From: Yuukianura sp. NJ FZ-2021
Lineage: Eukaryota
NCBI GenBank assembly: GCA_046563655.1
Contig: CM102286.1
Location: forward strand, 15,252,001-15,316,000
Direction of reading: 5' to 3'
Length of the DNA stretch: 64,000 bases
Under the pieces are notes generated by a model. It saw nothing but the letters and a program-made list of their open reading frames with translations. It did no database searches and was not told the origin of the DNA. Position numbers and translations under genes: made by a program. This document shows positions 1-12,400 of this stretch, in pieces. Numbering within the stretch: position 1 is the first letter of the stretch; every line of letters begins with the position of its first letter.

Positions 1-1172
1 CGTCACAAACTTAACAATTTTCTCGGATTGTGGAAAAATAAAGTAAGAAGTTGTTTACCCCCCAGTTGTGACTTTGGTTCCGAATGGTGTTGAACCAGAG
101 AACTTCTCCCTCTGGCCACAGCCATCTTCTCCAGAAGATGGAGTCAATTAGAAACGTTAGAGCCAGTGACCCAAGCCCACTCGGAATTGAATACTTGATT
201 GCCCTACCAAAGAATTATTGTAAATAAAGTACTAAGAATGGTTCGTAGTAATGCGATGATGATGATAGAATATTTAAATCTTACGATAGAAGTGATATTC
301 TTCTACGAAGTAATTCGTAGATTAGAAGGAGGCCAAAGAGGGAGACTAGTTCGGCCCTGAAGACCAAGGAATCAAAAGCTGCTGCCAGAATGAATAGTGC
401 ATGATGTCCTTCCATCCAAAAGTGCAAAGCTAGTAGAGCTAAAAGAAGAAATAGAAATTCAAATTCAAATTCCTTTCATAAGACGTTTAGAGAGAAGTGG
501 ATGACCTGGTGGAAGTGCAAAGATGTTGGGAAGTGTTCGTCCCATGTAGAAGACAAAGTGAAACTGAGATGCAGTGATCATGACTAGCCACCAGCCCACT
601 CTGGAACCAAATTGCTTCGACACACTTCTGCGGAATTGTTGGAAGGCTCGAATGACGCATTCTGCCAAGCAGATTCGGACTAAAATGCAAATGAAACAAT
701 GGAACTTATAACTGAAGTAAATGTTTGATTTTATTGATGAAGTGGTGTTTTACCAATGATTTGTGCTGGAAACTTGGTGAAGAAGAGTTGTGAAAGGATG
801 ACGAAGGGATATGAGACAGCGGAGAGAAGCAATGGTCCAATAAACGTTCTTGGAACGACTCCCCCAAACTCCAGATGATCATACTGCGAAAAAGACAAAG
901 GGTTAAAACGTTGAACTTGAAAGTTAGTTTATATAAAAAATGAAGTGTAGTGGACTTACTGAATCCAAGTTAGTTTGATGGTAGATGAGATCGTGCGTAG
1001 CCTGGAGATTGAAGCTCTCTTCTACCTTGGTGAGTGGACAAGTGAAGATGTGGATGAGGGCAACTACTCGCAGAAGCACTTCCGGTTGCAACGCAAACAC
1101 TGGAACCTTTGCTACTTCCAGTCTTTTCTCTTCTCTTCCTTGCCATTTGCCTGAACCTCCGCGTTGTTTCAT
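1..1172 (-). CDS. ALG12: Dol-P-Man:Man7GlcNAc2-PP-Dol alpha-1,6-mannosyltransferase, multi-exon, 3' part runs off the window
   Basis: Exons translate to [42 protein letters not shown] and [20 protein letters not shown], which match ALG12-family motifs. Introns are GT-AG. The start codon (1172) is uncertain. Confidence 0.9.
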
Positions 1173-1641
1173 GCTTACCTTACTCAACCGGCAGTTAATT
1201 AAACACTTACTGAAAACAGATATCAACGTTCTTGCCAAACCAAGAGATATTGATACAAGTCGATTCAATTATCAATCGGTTTGTGCCCGTAGTTGCACAA
1301 TTCAGTGAAACCGCATATTGAATTTTAAAGTCTCTTTTGTTTACACTTTTAAATTGGCACCTTTCCCGCTCTACCTTTGGGGGAAATTGAGACAGTGGAG
1401 AATGGAGCAGGCTAATCCTCAGAATTGACATATTTGTCAGAATCACATCCAGGAATTGTCATTATGGCTGCATTTGGACGGATTTAACTAATTAGTGATG
1501 ATTAGTGAGTTTGTGTAATTTACACAAACCTCAATGACATCAAATGCAACTTTTGTAGTTGCAAAACTCCTTACGAAACTTTTGCTAGTCAATGCATGAG
1601 CCGTTTATTGGTGTCATGATAATTGTTGTGAGTTGTTGACT

Positions 1642-4300
1642 TCAAGACGTTCTCCACCTGAGTTCCGATGCGGTGTCATGGTTCACTTTGAATCTCCATC
1701 CAAGGACACCCAGAACAGCAACCAACGTCACACAAATACAAGTGACCACCACTGTAGCCACCACCGGATGACCCTCTAACCTCAAACATCAATTAATCCC
1801 ACTCTCCACTTTCTAATATCCAAATAAAGACTGAATGTTACCTTGGACAAAGACGCTGAATCGCTTCTCTGCTTTACTTGCGATGTTCTCTGCCACACAC
1901 AAGTACTCTCCATGAACATCGTAGGAAGCGACGAGGAACTTCAACGTCAAAGTCCCATTGCTTTGTATCACTTTCACATTGTTTGTGTTGACGACCACTT
2001 TTCCATTCTTGAGCCAAGCCATCTGAGGAGGTGGGTCTCCACTTCCATCACACTGGATACTCACTTCAGTGTCATTGAGAGTCCAGTACAAAGTGGGGGC
2101 ATTCGGACTACTCAACTCCACAGAACTGGGGTCTAAAATGAAATGATTTAAAAACATGTTTCTAAGTTCTGTTTGAGCAATTGTTGAGTGGAAATTGAAA
2201 GTGTAACTGAGCCTTACCTTTGGTATTCAGAACGTATTCTTTGTGGACCCAGTCAGTTGAGTTCCAGATGGGGGCCATGCAAACCATGGAATGGATTTGA
2301 GTGTTCACAATGACATGCACTGTCCTCGGAGGAACCCAGTACCAATAGCTAGACTCATTAGGATCTCTCACAACTACAAAGTTTTCACATTATTTTAGAA
2401 TTTCATTCCAAGATATTGTTGAAAAATAGTTAAGATTGAGATGTTTAGACTGAGAGTTGCCTTACTGGGGACGTAAGAACTGGTGTTGTTTTTCCATTTA
2501 ATTTTCCAGGCAACTCCGTCTGCAAAGTAGAAGTTGGCAGGTTGGCATGAGAATGAGATGTTCTGGCCAGAGTAGAGAGTGGGGGTGGGTCCATGCCCAA
2601 CTTGGTAGTAAGTCCAGGGCGAGTGATAAAGTGAAGTATCGGGAGAACGCTCGATCTGCATATTGACCACGACCAGCTTTTGCTGCTTCTCCGCTGTGAT
2701 TTCATCCCAAGACCAAACTAAAACAGACAGAATATTAAAAAGTGTGTTGATCTGAGAATACTAGTGAAATCTTTACAAATGTCCCTGGTGTATGTTCCAT
2801 TGTTGTAGTCGTGTGTTGTGAAGGCGACTTTGGTCACATCCACTCCATCTCCAACACATCTGTAAGCCCCCTGGTACATGTAGTTGGACACACAGTTCCC
2901 ACGCACACTCCTTCCCCAGTAACTGTACACTTTCATCTTCTCCACCATCTACAAAACAAACACAAACCAATACAAAAGAAACCCAACACCTACCCCATTT
3001 TCCCACAATTTTTAGCAGTGTTCAGAAATTTAGCAAAATTTAAATCTATTTTGAGGTATAGCAATCCATTAATTTGTTGAATTTGATTACGTTGTGTGAA
3101 AGGAGTGGTGTTGCAATTCTGCAGTGGACGTAGGAGCTGCACCAGAGTGAGAAGATGGTGGGCGCCTTGTCACTGCTGGAGCAGCACACAAACTGCTCCG
3201 AAGTTTTGTTGTAGAAGACTTTGGCCCCACCCTCCAACTTGTAGCCACCAGACTGCTCTGTTGGTGGGATCTTCTCTGGAACCACGACCACAGTGACCAC
3301 ATCGTCCTTCTCTGCAGTGAGACACTTGTACTCTCCATCAATGGATTTGTTCCTATCAATTGTGTTGTCCATCATGAAGCCCACTGTGGGGTCAAAAGTT
3401 ATAGGAGCCACAGCGGAAGTGTTCGAGTTGAACTCAAGGTCAACAAACTTGAGTTCAGTCATCTAAAAAAATTGAAAACAATAAAAATGAATGTTCAAAA
3501 AAGTAAAACCAATTGAAAAATTACGGTTCCTTTTGAAAGAGTATTTGTTTTACATTGTCTTTGCTGGTGACGTTAATTTTTCGCTGGAGGAAGACATCCA
3601 CTTCTGGAAAAGCGACTGGGCAGGGGAGTGTGACACTTCCCTGGCCAAGTGAACTCACTTTCACCGTCTTCCCAGCCCCCATGAGGTATGGCGGGGAGTT
3701 TCCTATTGTCCATTTAATTTCAAAAGATAAACTTTGAGTTAAATTGTTTGATAGTTTGTAAAATGTGAATGGATTTTGAGTGTTACCTTCCCAGAAGAGG
3801 TAGATTTGTGTCTGGATGTCTGCGAAGAAGCTGTGTTCGTCGGCGTCTGCCTTGCGACAAATGTACTTTCCCGTGAATGCATTCGTGTCTCCATAAAGGA
3901 CTAGTTTCATGGAGAAGCGGAAAGGAGAGTCCTTACTGCCGTCTCCCTCTCTCCTCGCAGCAGAGTAGAGATTAAAGACCATGGCGCTAGTGTCCAAGTG
4001 CTACAAAAAGAGACCCTTAAGTACCCTCTAAATTTGAAATATGAGTTTAGTTACTTCGTCTGGGGCGAATTCCCACAGGATGGGGTAGGAAGCGTTGCAG
4101 AGGATCGTGAGTCCATAGATGTCTCCTGGTATGATGAACGTCGTTTTGTTGTGAGTGATTCCCTGCACTTCCATTTCACTTCCAGACTTCCACTTGTGAT
4201 CGTCAGCCTCCATCCATGACAGGATCTGGACCACTGGCAGGTCTACTGCCACACAGCAACAGATCAGCAATGTCACAATTAACAAAGTACTTGGGGTCAT
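1642..4300 (-). CDS. Multi-Ig-domain single-pass membrane protein (PVR/VEGFR-ectodomain-like) with a short cytoplasmic tail
   Basis: Signal peptide MTPSTLLIVTLLICCCVA. Ig motifs include TGKYIC, VTLPC..., DGEYKC and IQCDGSGDPPPQMAWLKNG...HGEYLCVAEN. The last exon (1642-1775) encodes a TM segment VVATVVVTCICVTLVAVLGVLGW, then ~17 aa and TGA. Confidence 0.75.
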
Positions 4301-4956
4301 ATCAACCTCCGTCACCTGGAAACCAAAAACAGTTTCAGTAAATTGTTCAACTTCTCAAATGGAATTAGGTGGAGAGAGTAAATGTGGGCGGATTGTGAAG
4401 ATTGCGTGATGGAGAGATCCAGAAAAAGCATTGTCATTGGTGGTCCATTTTATAAATCGTGTCCGGTTGCCACAAAACATGAAAAGCCACTAATTCCAAA
4501 GGTATTCTTAGTACTCAATATTTTCAAGGCAACATTCTCTAAAGTCAAATTAATTTTTTGTCAAAAAATTGAAAACGCAAGGAAAAGTTGGAGATTTTCT
4601 AGATATGAAACTGAATTCTTGAAAAGTTAGTTTAAAATTTAAATTTTGGAATTCGGAATACGGGCATAAATGACTTCAAGAGCCAAAGATTCATTTGAAA
4701 ACCAAAAAGGGAAATCGTTTGTGTTAATTTGTGCACTAATTTTGAAAAAAAGAGGTGGAAATGGAAAAGACTTTGGGAGCGATAACGGAATTTTAAAAAA
4801 TGGAAATGAAGCTCCACAGAACTGCTTATGTCTGTTTTTCATTAGAGAGACAGGATGACCTGTTGACCTGTTCAAAGTTTCATGTGAACTGGAAAACAAA
4901 AGGACTTTCCGTCACAAAAAGTTGATGAAAAGTTGAGCTTACGGAAAGAAGTGAAG

Positions 4957-6343
4957 ATGCTGAGCAGCTACGAGTTGAAGTTGATGAAGTTCGTGTTGAG
5001 CGTTTCGTCTACGCTCAAACTTTGTCCATTTGCATATGAGGACGGAATTGTGCATACGAGTTCCAAGGCGTATTTTCGGAACTTGATCCTTGGGAATCTG
5101 TTAATCGGGCAGATTATGGCGTACCTCGGTCTGTGTTTGTATCAAGTGGACAATTCCTCAATCCACCGAAGGGCTACAATGGCCTACCTCTGTCTCATGG
5201 CTGCCAGCGGAATCTTCGTCAGAGCCACACTTTTACTCTACCATTCCGAACTCGTCCATCTCCTCAACAACATCTTCAACATCCACAAAGCAATCGGTAA
5301 CAAAGTAACATTTACAACATTAACGTCTAAGCGAGTTACAGCAGCAAGCACAAGGCAGCTTATAAAAGAGTTAGCAGTATCTCATCAAGACAAAATTTAA
5401 GGCATTCCTCAGTTTGCACTCATCAAAGCAAAATCTTAGGCAGTTATAAGTAAGAGGAAATATTAAAAATTGTGAACGGAAAAGAGTAAAATATGTATGA
5501 ATTGTTTAGAGAAAATCCTGACGTCTGGTATGAAGCCATGTTTGAAGGAGAGCAAAGTGAGAGGTGGATTGCTGACTTTGGTGCTGGCGACATGCTGCCT
5601 CAGTGTGACATTCGTCACACTCCAAAGCATCCAACTCAATCGCCATCTTCTCACTTCTCCCATCTCAGCATCACTCTACATCGCAGCATCAACCATCTTC
5701 TGCATCGCCACTTCACACGATGTCACCATTTGCGTCTCTGCTCTCACTGCATCCATCTTCACACTCTCCTTCTGGCTTCAAAAGTCATGGTAACAAATAC
5801 TTCCCAGTATTTCCAAATACTCACAAATACTTCCCAGTACTAGTCTAAATTTCTTCCAGCATCGAATGGCCTGGAACTGGGACGCAGGGGGTGGAGGGGG
5901 ACTGTATCCGAGTGTATCGAGCCATGAAGATCCTCAACGACGTCCATAATCTCGTCTTCGGGAAACTGTACATTCCAGCCATCAAGGTCCTCCTCGTCCT
6001 CTGTGTCTTTGTGACAGTGTACTGCGCAGTTCGTCTGCGCACTCACCTCACTCCCACCGTCCATGTCATGATCCTCATCTACCTCGTCACTCTCGTGGCT
6101 CTCATCCTCCCTGGGGCAATGATCATGTCACAAGTATTCAACATCTCCACTCACTTCCAACACAACATGGCTCTCTGTCTCCTCCCCCAAACACATACAA
6201 TGGACATCCATAAGACTCTCCGGTCTCTGCCTGTTCTCAAGTGCACCATCGGAGGATTCTACCACATGGAGGGAAAAGCCAAACTCACACTCGCAGACAA
6301 CATCGCCAATGGAGTAGCAGCAGTTCTTCTCTCTTCAAATTAA
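4957..6343 (+). CDS. Gustatory-receptor-like 7TM chemoreceptor (~367 aa, 3 exons)
   Basis: Exons 4957-5296, 5510-5789 and 5860-6343 join in frame (1104 nt). The protein has several hydrophobic helices and a C-terminus LRSLPVLKCTIGGFYHMEGKAKLTLADNIANGVAAVLLS resembling the arthropod chemoreceptor TM7 region. Confidence 0.65.
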
Positions 6344-6471
6344 ACAGTAAAGTAGGAAGAAGTTTGGAAAATGTTAGTTTAGAAATGATTAGTCAGGAAA
6401 ACCCGCCACCAATTTCAGAGTTTGTTAGTTAAATTTTAATTCAGCATAAAAATGGTTAGGTAATTTAAAGC

Positions 6472-9400
6472 TTAGTACTCTTCTTGAAGCACTTTTAAGT
6501 TCCTACGTTGTCATTAAAAATGTTTGTGCTTACCCCTGTTCGTTGTGCTGTTGTGGTGGGGCAGAGAGGGATCCAAAGTCCTCTGGAGGGAGTTTGGTCA
6601 CATGACTTCCCAAACTGCTAGTAGTTACTTTGTGTGTTTTGGTGGGAGAGGATGCAGGAGAGGGCTGGATGGAGAGACTGACGTAGTAGTTCCTGGACGG
6701 ATCTAAACTGTTGTTTGGCAACGTAAAGATTTGGGAAGTGGCACCCTGTTGTACTTCGACTGTGATTGGACTCGAAGTTTCCTCTCTTCTCGGAGCAATA
6801 ATCATTTGAACTCCCGGATTCGGTTTCTGGAGTGGAGAGCGACTGAGGGGTCCTGGAGGTTTACTTCCATCAACCTTCGGCAGAAACGGCGTCCTCCTTC
6901 CCTTTGCAACTAAAAAAAAAGTCAATTTCATAAAATTAAACAATCGAACTGTGAAAGGTAGAGTGTCTGCAAAATTAGGTTTAACCATAACAGCATTGGG
7001 AGGCAGATGCCAAAGCTTTCATGGTTGAATAAAACTGTGTAGAGCGACCCCACAGGTCAATTTAACCATAAAAGCATTGGGAGAGACTTCCTATGTTTTT
7101 ATGGTTAAATCGAACTGTGTAGAGTATCCATACAGTTGAATTTAACCATAAAAGCATTGGGAGAGACTTCCTATGTTTTTATGGTTAAACAGAACTGTGT
7201 AGAGTATCCATACAGTTGAATTTAACCATAAAAGCATTGGGAGAGACTTCCTATGTTTTTATGGTTAAACAGAACTGTGTAGAGTATCCATACAGTTGAA
7301 TTTAACCATAAAAGCATTGGGGGAGACTTTCCATGTTTTTATGGTTACGCCTGCTACGGACTTACTGTGCTGCTGCTGTGCTGTTGCCGTGCCATCCCCG
7401 TGCTTTGCATTGTTAGCATCCTAACTTCCCAATTTTTAGCGGAAGCACAACATGCTCTCTGCTTACCGTGCTCATGCTCTGTTCAAATTTCATCCGGTAA
7501 GTTAGGATCGAATCGGTAAATTTTCTTGCATTTTTGCAAGCAAATCACTGGTTTCCCACTCAAAAGTCATTTTTAAATCACTATTTAATAAAAAATGTCA
7601 GATTTGTGTTCTCCATACACGAATTAGTCTAAAAACTGATTTTCATCAAAATCAAGCAAAAAAAAAGTTTCGAAAAAAAATTTTTTTTAATTTTTTTAAA
7701 ACAGTTTTTGAGAGCGTGACAAAAAATAGGTTTACGTGTTCAGGGGTCCATAAGGTATTTTAGAAAAAAAAATTTAAAAAAATCCGAGTCACATGCTGAA
7801 AGTAATATTTTTCCCAACTATCTCCACCAACAGTTTCATGGGCTCTTCATGACGAAAATAAGGTCGTCGTCCACTGGCACCGCGATAGGTCAAGGGCCAA
7901 AGGTCAAAGGCCATCATGCTTTACGTCAATCAACTCCACTTGGTCTCCCCTTTCGATTGAAATACTATATGCCTATGTTTCCTTTGATTTCCCATGAGGT
8001 CACTGCGCCGGTGTCAAAGGTCAAAGGACAGGTCAACATGTGACATAGCCTACGCTTTTCGGAGTGACCTCACGAAGAGAAGGACACCTCATTTGTCCAA
8101 ATCGGTCCAGTAGTTTCGGAGGAGTATTCAGAAAATGAACAAAAAATAATTGTAAAAGCAAATTTGCTCTCGTCGTGCTTCCTCAAAAGTTGCTTCCGTC
8201 CCTACTTTCAAAAAAGCACGGTAAGAGCAGGAGCACGGTAAGGTAAACGGTAAGTTAGGATGCTTGCCCTTGCTCTGTCGTTGCCTTGGGAAAATGAGGC
8301 AGCACAGCACGGGGAAGGCACAAGTAAGTTAGGATCGGTAATTTTTAACAAAAACAACGCAGCAAAGCATCGTCAAGGCAGCAGCACGGTAAGTCCGTAC
8401 CGAGCGTTAAACAGAACTGTGTAGAGTATCCATACAGTTGAATTTAACCTTAAAAGCATTGGGAGAGACTTCCTATGTTTTTATGGTTAAACAGAACTGT
8501 GTAGAGTATCCTTACAGTTGAATTTAAGAATAAAAGGATTGGGAGAGACTTCCAGTTTTTATGGTTAAACAGAACTGTGTAGAGTATCATTACAGTTGAA
8601 TCTATTATATACTAATGAGCACCTGTCACCCCGGAATTGCATAGCAACCGATAGTTTGTTAATTTTGAATTCGGTGCCCGCATAGTTACGAGAGAATTTG
8701 TTTACACTAAAATTTTTTGACACAAAAACACAAACCCAAAAAAAAAACAACATTTTCCTTTGTTTCCGAATATACCGTACACGATGTCGTCTTAACAACA
8801 GTAAGAGGGAGAAATTCGCACATGGACCCATCTATATATCTGTTATATTACTAATGAGCACTGGTAATTCCGCTTCTGCCTAGCATCCGATAGTTTGATG
8901 ACTTCGGCGAATAGTTACTGATTTAACAACGGCTTATTGTTGATTATTTAACATCAATCGTTTCCGTTAACAACTGCAAATTTATTTCTGCTTAACTGCT
9001 ACTCTCTCTTCATGAATCCGCGTTGACGTGAGCACAAATCTGAATTTAAAAAGTGTGATTTTTTATATTTCATTTTTAATGTTTTGAAATTTGGAATTAT
9101 GTTATTTAAAAAGAGTGATTTTCCTACCAAACTTTTAACGTTTTGGAATTTGGAATTATGTTATTTAAAAAGAGTGATTTTCCTACTAAACTTTTAACGT
9201 TTTGGAATTTGGAATTATGTTATTTAAAAAGAGTGATTTTCCTACTAAACTTTTAACGTTTTGGAATTTGGAATTATGTTATTTAAAAAGAGTGATTTTC
9301 CTACTAAACTTTTAACGTTTTGGAATTTGGAATTATGTTATTTAAAAAGAGTGATTTTCCTACTAAACTTTTAACGTTTTGGAATTTGGAATTATGTTAT

Positions 9401-12400
9401 TTAAAAAGAGTGATTTTCCTACTAAACTTTTAACGTTTTGGAATTTGGAATTATGTTATTTAAAAAGAGTGATTTTCCTACTAAACTTTTAACGTTTTGG
9501 AATTTGGAATTATGTTATTTAAAAAGAGTGATTTTCCTACTAAACTTTTAACGTTTTGGAATTTGGAATTATGTTATTTAAAAAGAGTGATTTCCCTACT
9601 AAACTTTTAACGTTTTGGAATTTGGAATTATGTTATTTAAAAAGAGTGATTTCCCTACTAAACTTTTAACGTTTTGGAATTTGGAATTATGTTATTTAAA
9701 AAGAGTGATTTTCCTACTAAACTTTTAACGTTATGGAATTTGGAATTATGTTATTTAAAAAGAGTGATTTTCCTACTAAACTTTTAACGTTTTGGAATTT
9801 GGAATTATGTTATTTAAAAAGAGTGATTTTCCTACTAAACTTTTAACGTTATGGAATTTGGAATTATGTTATTTAAAAAGAGTGATTTTCCTACTAAACT
9901 TTTAACGTTATGGAATTTGGAATTATGTTATTTAAAAAGAGTGATTTTCCTACTAAACTTTTAACGTTTTGGAATTTGGAATTATGTTATTTAAAAAGAG
10001 TGATTTTCCTACTAAACTTTTAACGTTTTGGAATTTGGAATTATGTTATTTAAAAAGAGTGATTTTCCTTCTATCTATCCATTATACTAATGAGAAGTTG
10101 CTATTCCGGAATTGCATAGTTTACCGATTTCCCAAACACCAAAAATACCTCTTGATAATTTTGCCACAGACTTTTTATCTGTATGCTAGACACATCGTAG
10201 CAGGAACAGATTTCAGTGCGATTTAACCCGAGGGACATCAGCTAAAACTTTGGAATTCAGTGTGATTTAACACCAGACACATTAGCTAAGATTTCAGAAT
10301 TCAGTATGATTGGCCAGCTCCCGATAATCTTCAAATCATCAACCTCCCTGGGAAAAACCAACAAGGCTGCTTAAATTGTGACCAGGACGATTGAACGGGT
10401 CTGGGGCGAAGCCCCAGCAAGTTTTGCGCAGCAAAGCTTGTTTAACCATAAAAGCATTGGGAGAGACTTCCTATGTTTTTATGGTTAAACAGAACTGTGT
10501 AGAGTATCCTTACAGTTGAATTTAACCATAAAAGGATTGGGAGAGACTTCCAATGTTTTTATGGTTAAACAGAACTGTGTAGAGTATCCTTACAGTTGAA
10601 TTTAACCATAAAAGGATTGGGAGAGACTTCCAATGTTTTTATGGTTAAATAGAACTGTATAGAGTATCCATACAGTTGAATTTAACCATAAAAGCATTGG
10701 GACGTATATGCGGATGTACTTATGGTTAAAAAAGACGAAAGAAAGGAAGTTGTCTCACTGTAAGCGGCACAAGGAATGCCGACGTAAGCGTGGGATGCAT
10801 GGTGACATCTATGAGTCAAGTGAGTGCAGTCTTCGTTGTGATGACTGTCTGGTCGTTCGTATTCTTCCAGAAAAGGTAACTTTGTTGCGTTCATTTTCTT
10901 GAGTGCCAAACTCAACTTTTCCAAGTCATCCGATGGAGCAAATCTCGGCAGAAGTTTCCGATTCGCTTGAAGAAGACGCAGTTGTTCTGCAAAATAAGAT
11001 TCACATTGCTATAACTTCAAGTTCTTTTAAAATGGTTTGAAATTGTTACCGTATAAATATTTTTCGAAACTTCTAAAAGTGTAAGCTCCATCAAACTCCC
11101 TGTAGTTGATGCTCAGCCCTGCTTTTCTGTATCCATCGGCTAAGCGTTTCACCAAAACTTGTTCGTTTGCCTTTCCCGCCCGAATTTGAAGTCGTTTCAA
11201 TTCCAGAAGCTCTTGAAATATTTTCCTCTCCAGATGATACCTTCCAAAGACAAATTCAAATTCACTTTTAGAAGAAAACTTTCGGAATTCTTGTTTGTTT
11301 TTGCTTACTTTCTCATGCTGGCTTGCATGGCTTGTGTGACAGAAATGGGCGTGTCCACATCCAAACTTTTCTTCTGGTATGGACTCATGACAGCATTTAA
11401 ATTCTCCCCCTTTGTAAAAGTCAACTTGGAGCGAGGTCTGTTGGTCACTGCTCTGCCTTTTGTGTGGTCCATCCGAAATCCATCTTCACTCGTCACTGAA
11501 CCCCCGTGCGAATGCGACGTGGATCCAGCAGATCCATTCTCCAAAGGTGGAAGGCGGGACGATGTGAATCTTTGACTCTGCACTTTCGAATCACCAATCT
11601 TCTGTCCATTTCCTTTGGTTCCACCCACAGAAACTCCAGAATTGGATCCAGGACGTCTGGAAATGACTTTGCGACGAGACAACCCACCGCCAGTCACTTT
11701 AGACCCACTTCCATCCTCCACTCCTCGCTGCTTTGATCTCAACTGAAACCGAGTCTGATCTTCAGATGCAGAAGTGGTGTGATGAACCTCACTGTAGCCA
11801 GAATCTCTTTTCCAAGACAGTGGAGTTCCATCTGACTGCGTACTCGTCTTCCCCTCAGAAATATTCCGCATTCGCACCACTCTTTTCTCTCCAGGGATTG
11901 AAAGCGTGGTCCTCTCAACTCCAGTTGTGCTTGATTTGGGAATTTTGGAAGTTTTGCGTCGACTGGGAAGAGAATAAGTGGAAGCGGGATAGTAAACTTC
12001 TTCATACTCTTCTGGATTTTCTAGTTCCGAAGCAGAAGTGTAACTTTTCTGGCTAAACCGCTGTCCAATTTGTTTTCCTGAGGATTTGGAGAAGGCAGCA
12101 GTCGATTTCTTCTCCAGCATCTCTCGATTGGCTTTGAATTGCTCACGAACACTCAGTCTCTCGGTGCTTTTGGCAGAAACACTCAAAGTGTTTTTAATTC
12201 TCCCATCTACAATTTCCTTTTCTTTCTTCAGTTGAGGCTTTTCGTTTGGATTTTGGCTTTTTGCTGATTGTTCCTCCTTTTGCTGTTTGCTTTTTCTGCG
12301 TTTGGCGTAAGCTTCCTGGAGAGAAAGGCCTTGTGCCCCTTCCTTGCTTCCGTCCAGCCAAATCGTGTCATCCGTGTCCTCAGTTTCTTGGTCCTTGGAA

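Noticed and set aside
9045..10068. 59-bp array as a CRISPR or coding repeat
   Set aside because: No spacers, the period is not a multiple of 3, and it lies inside a Helitron within an intron.
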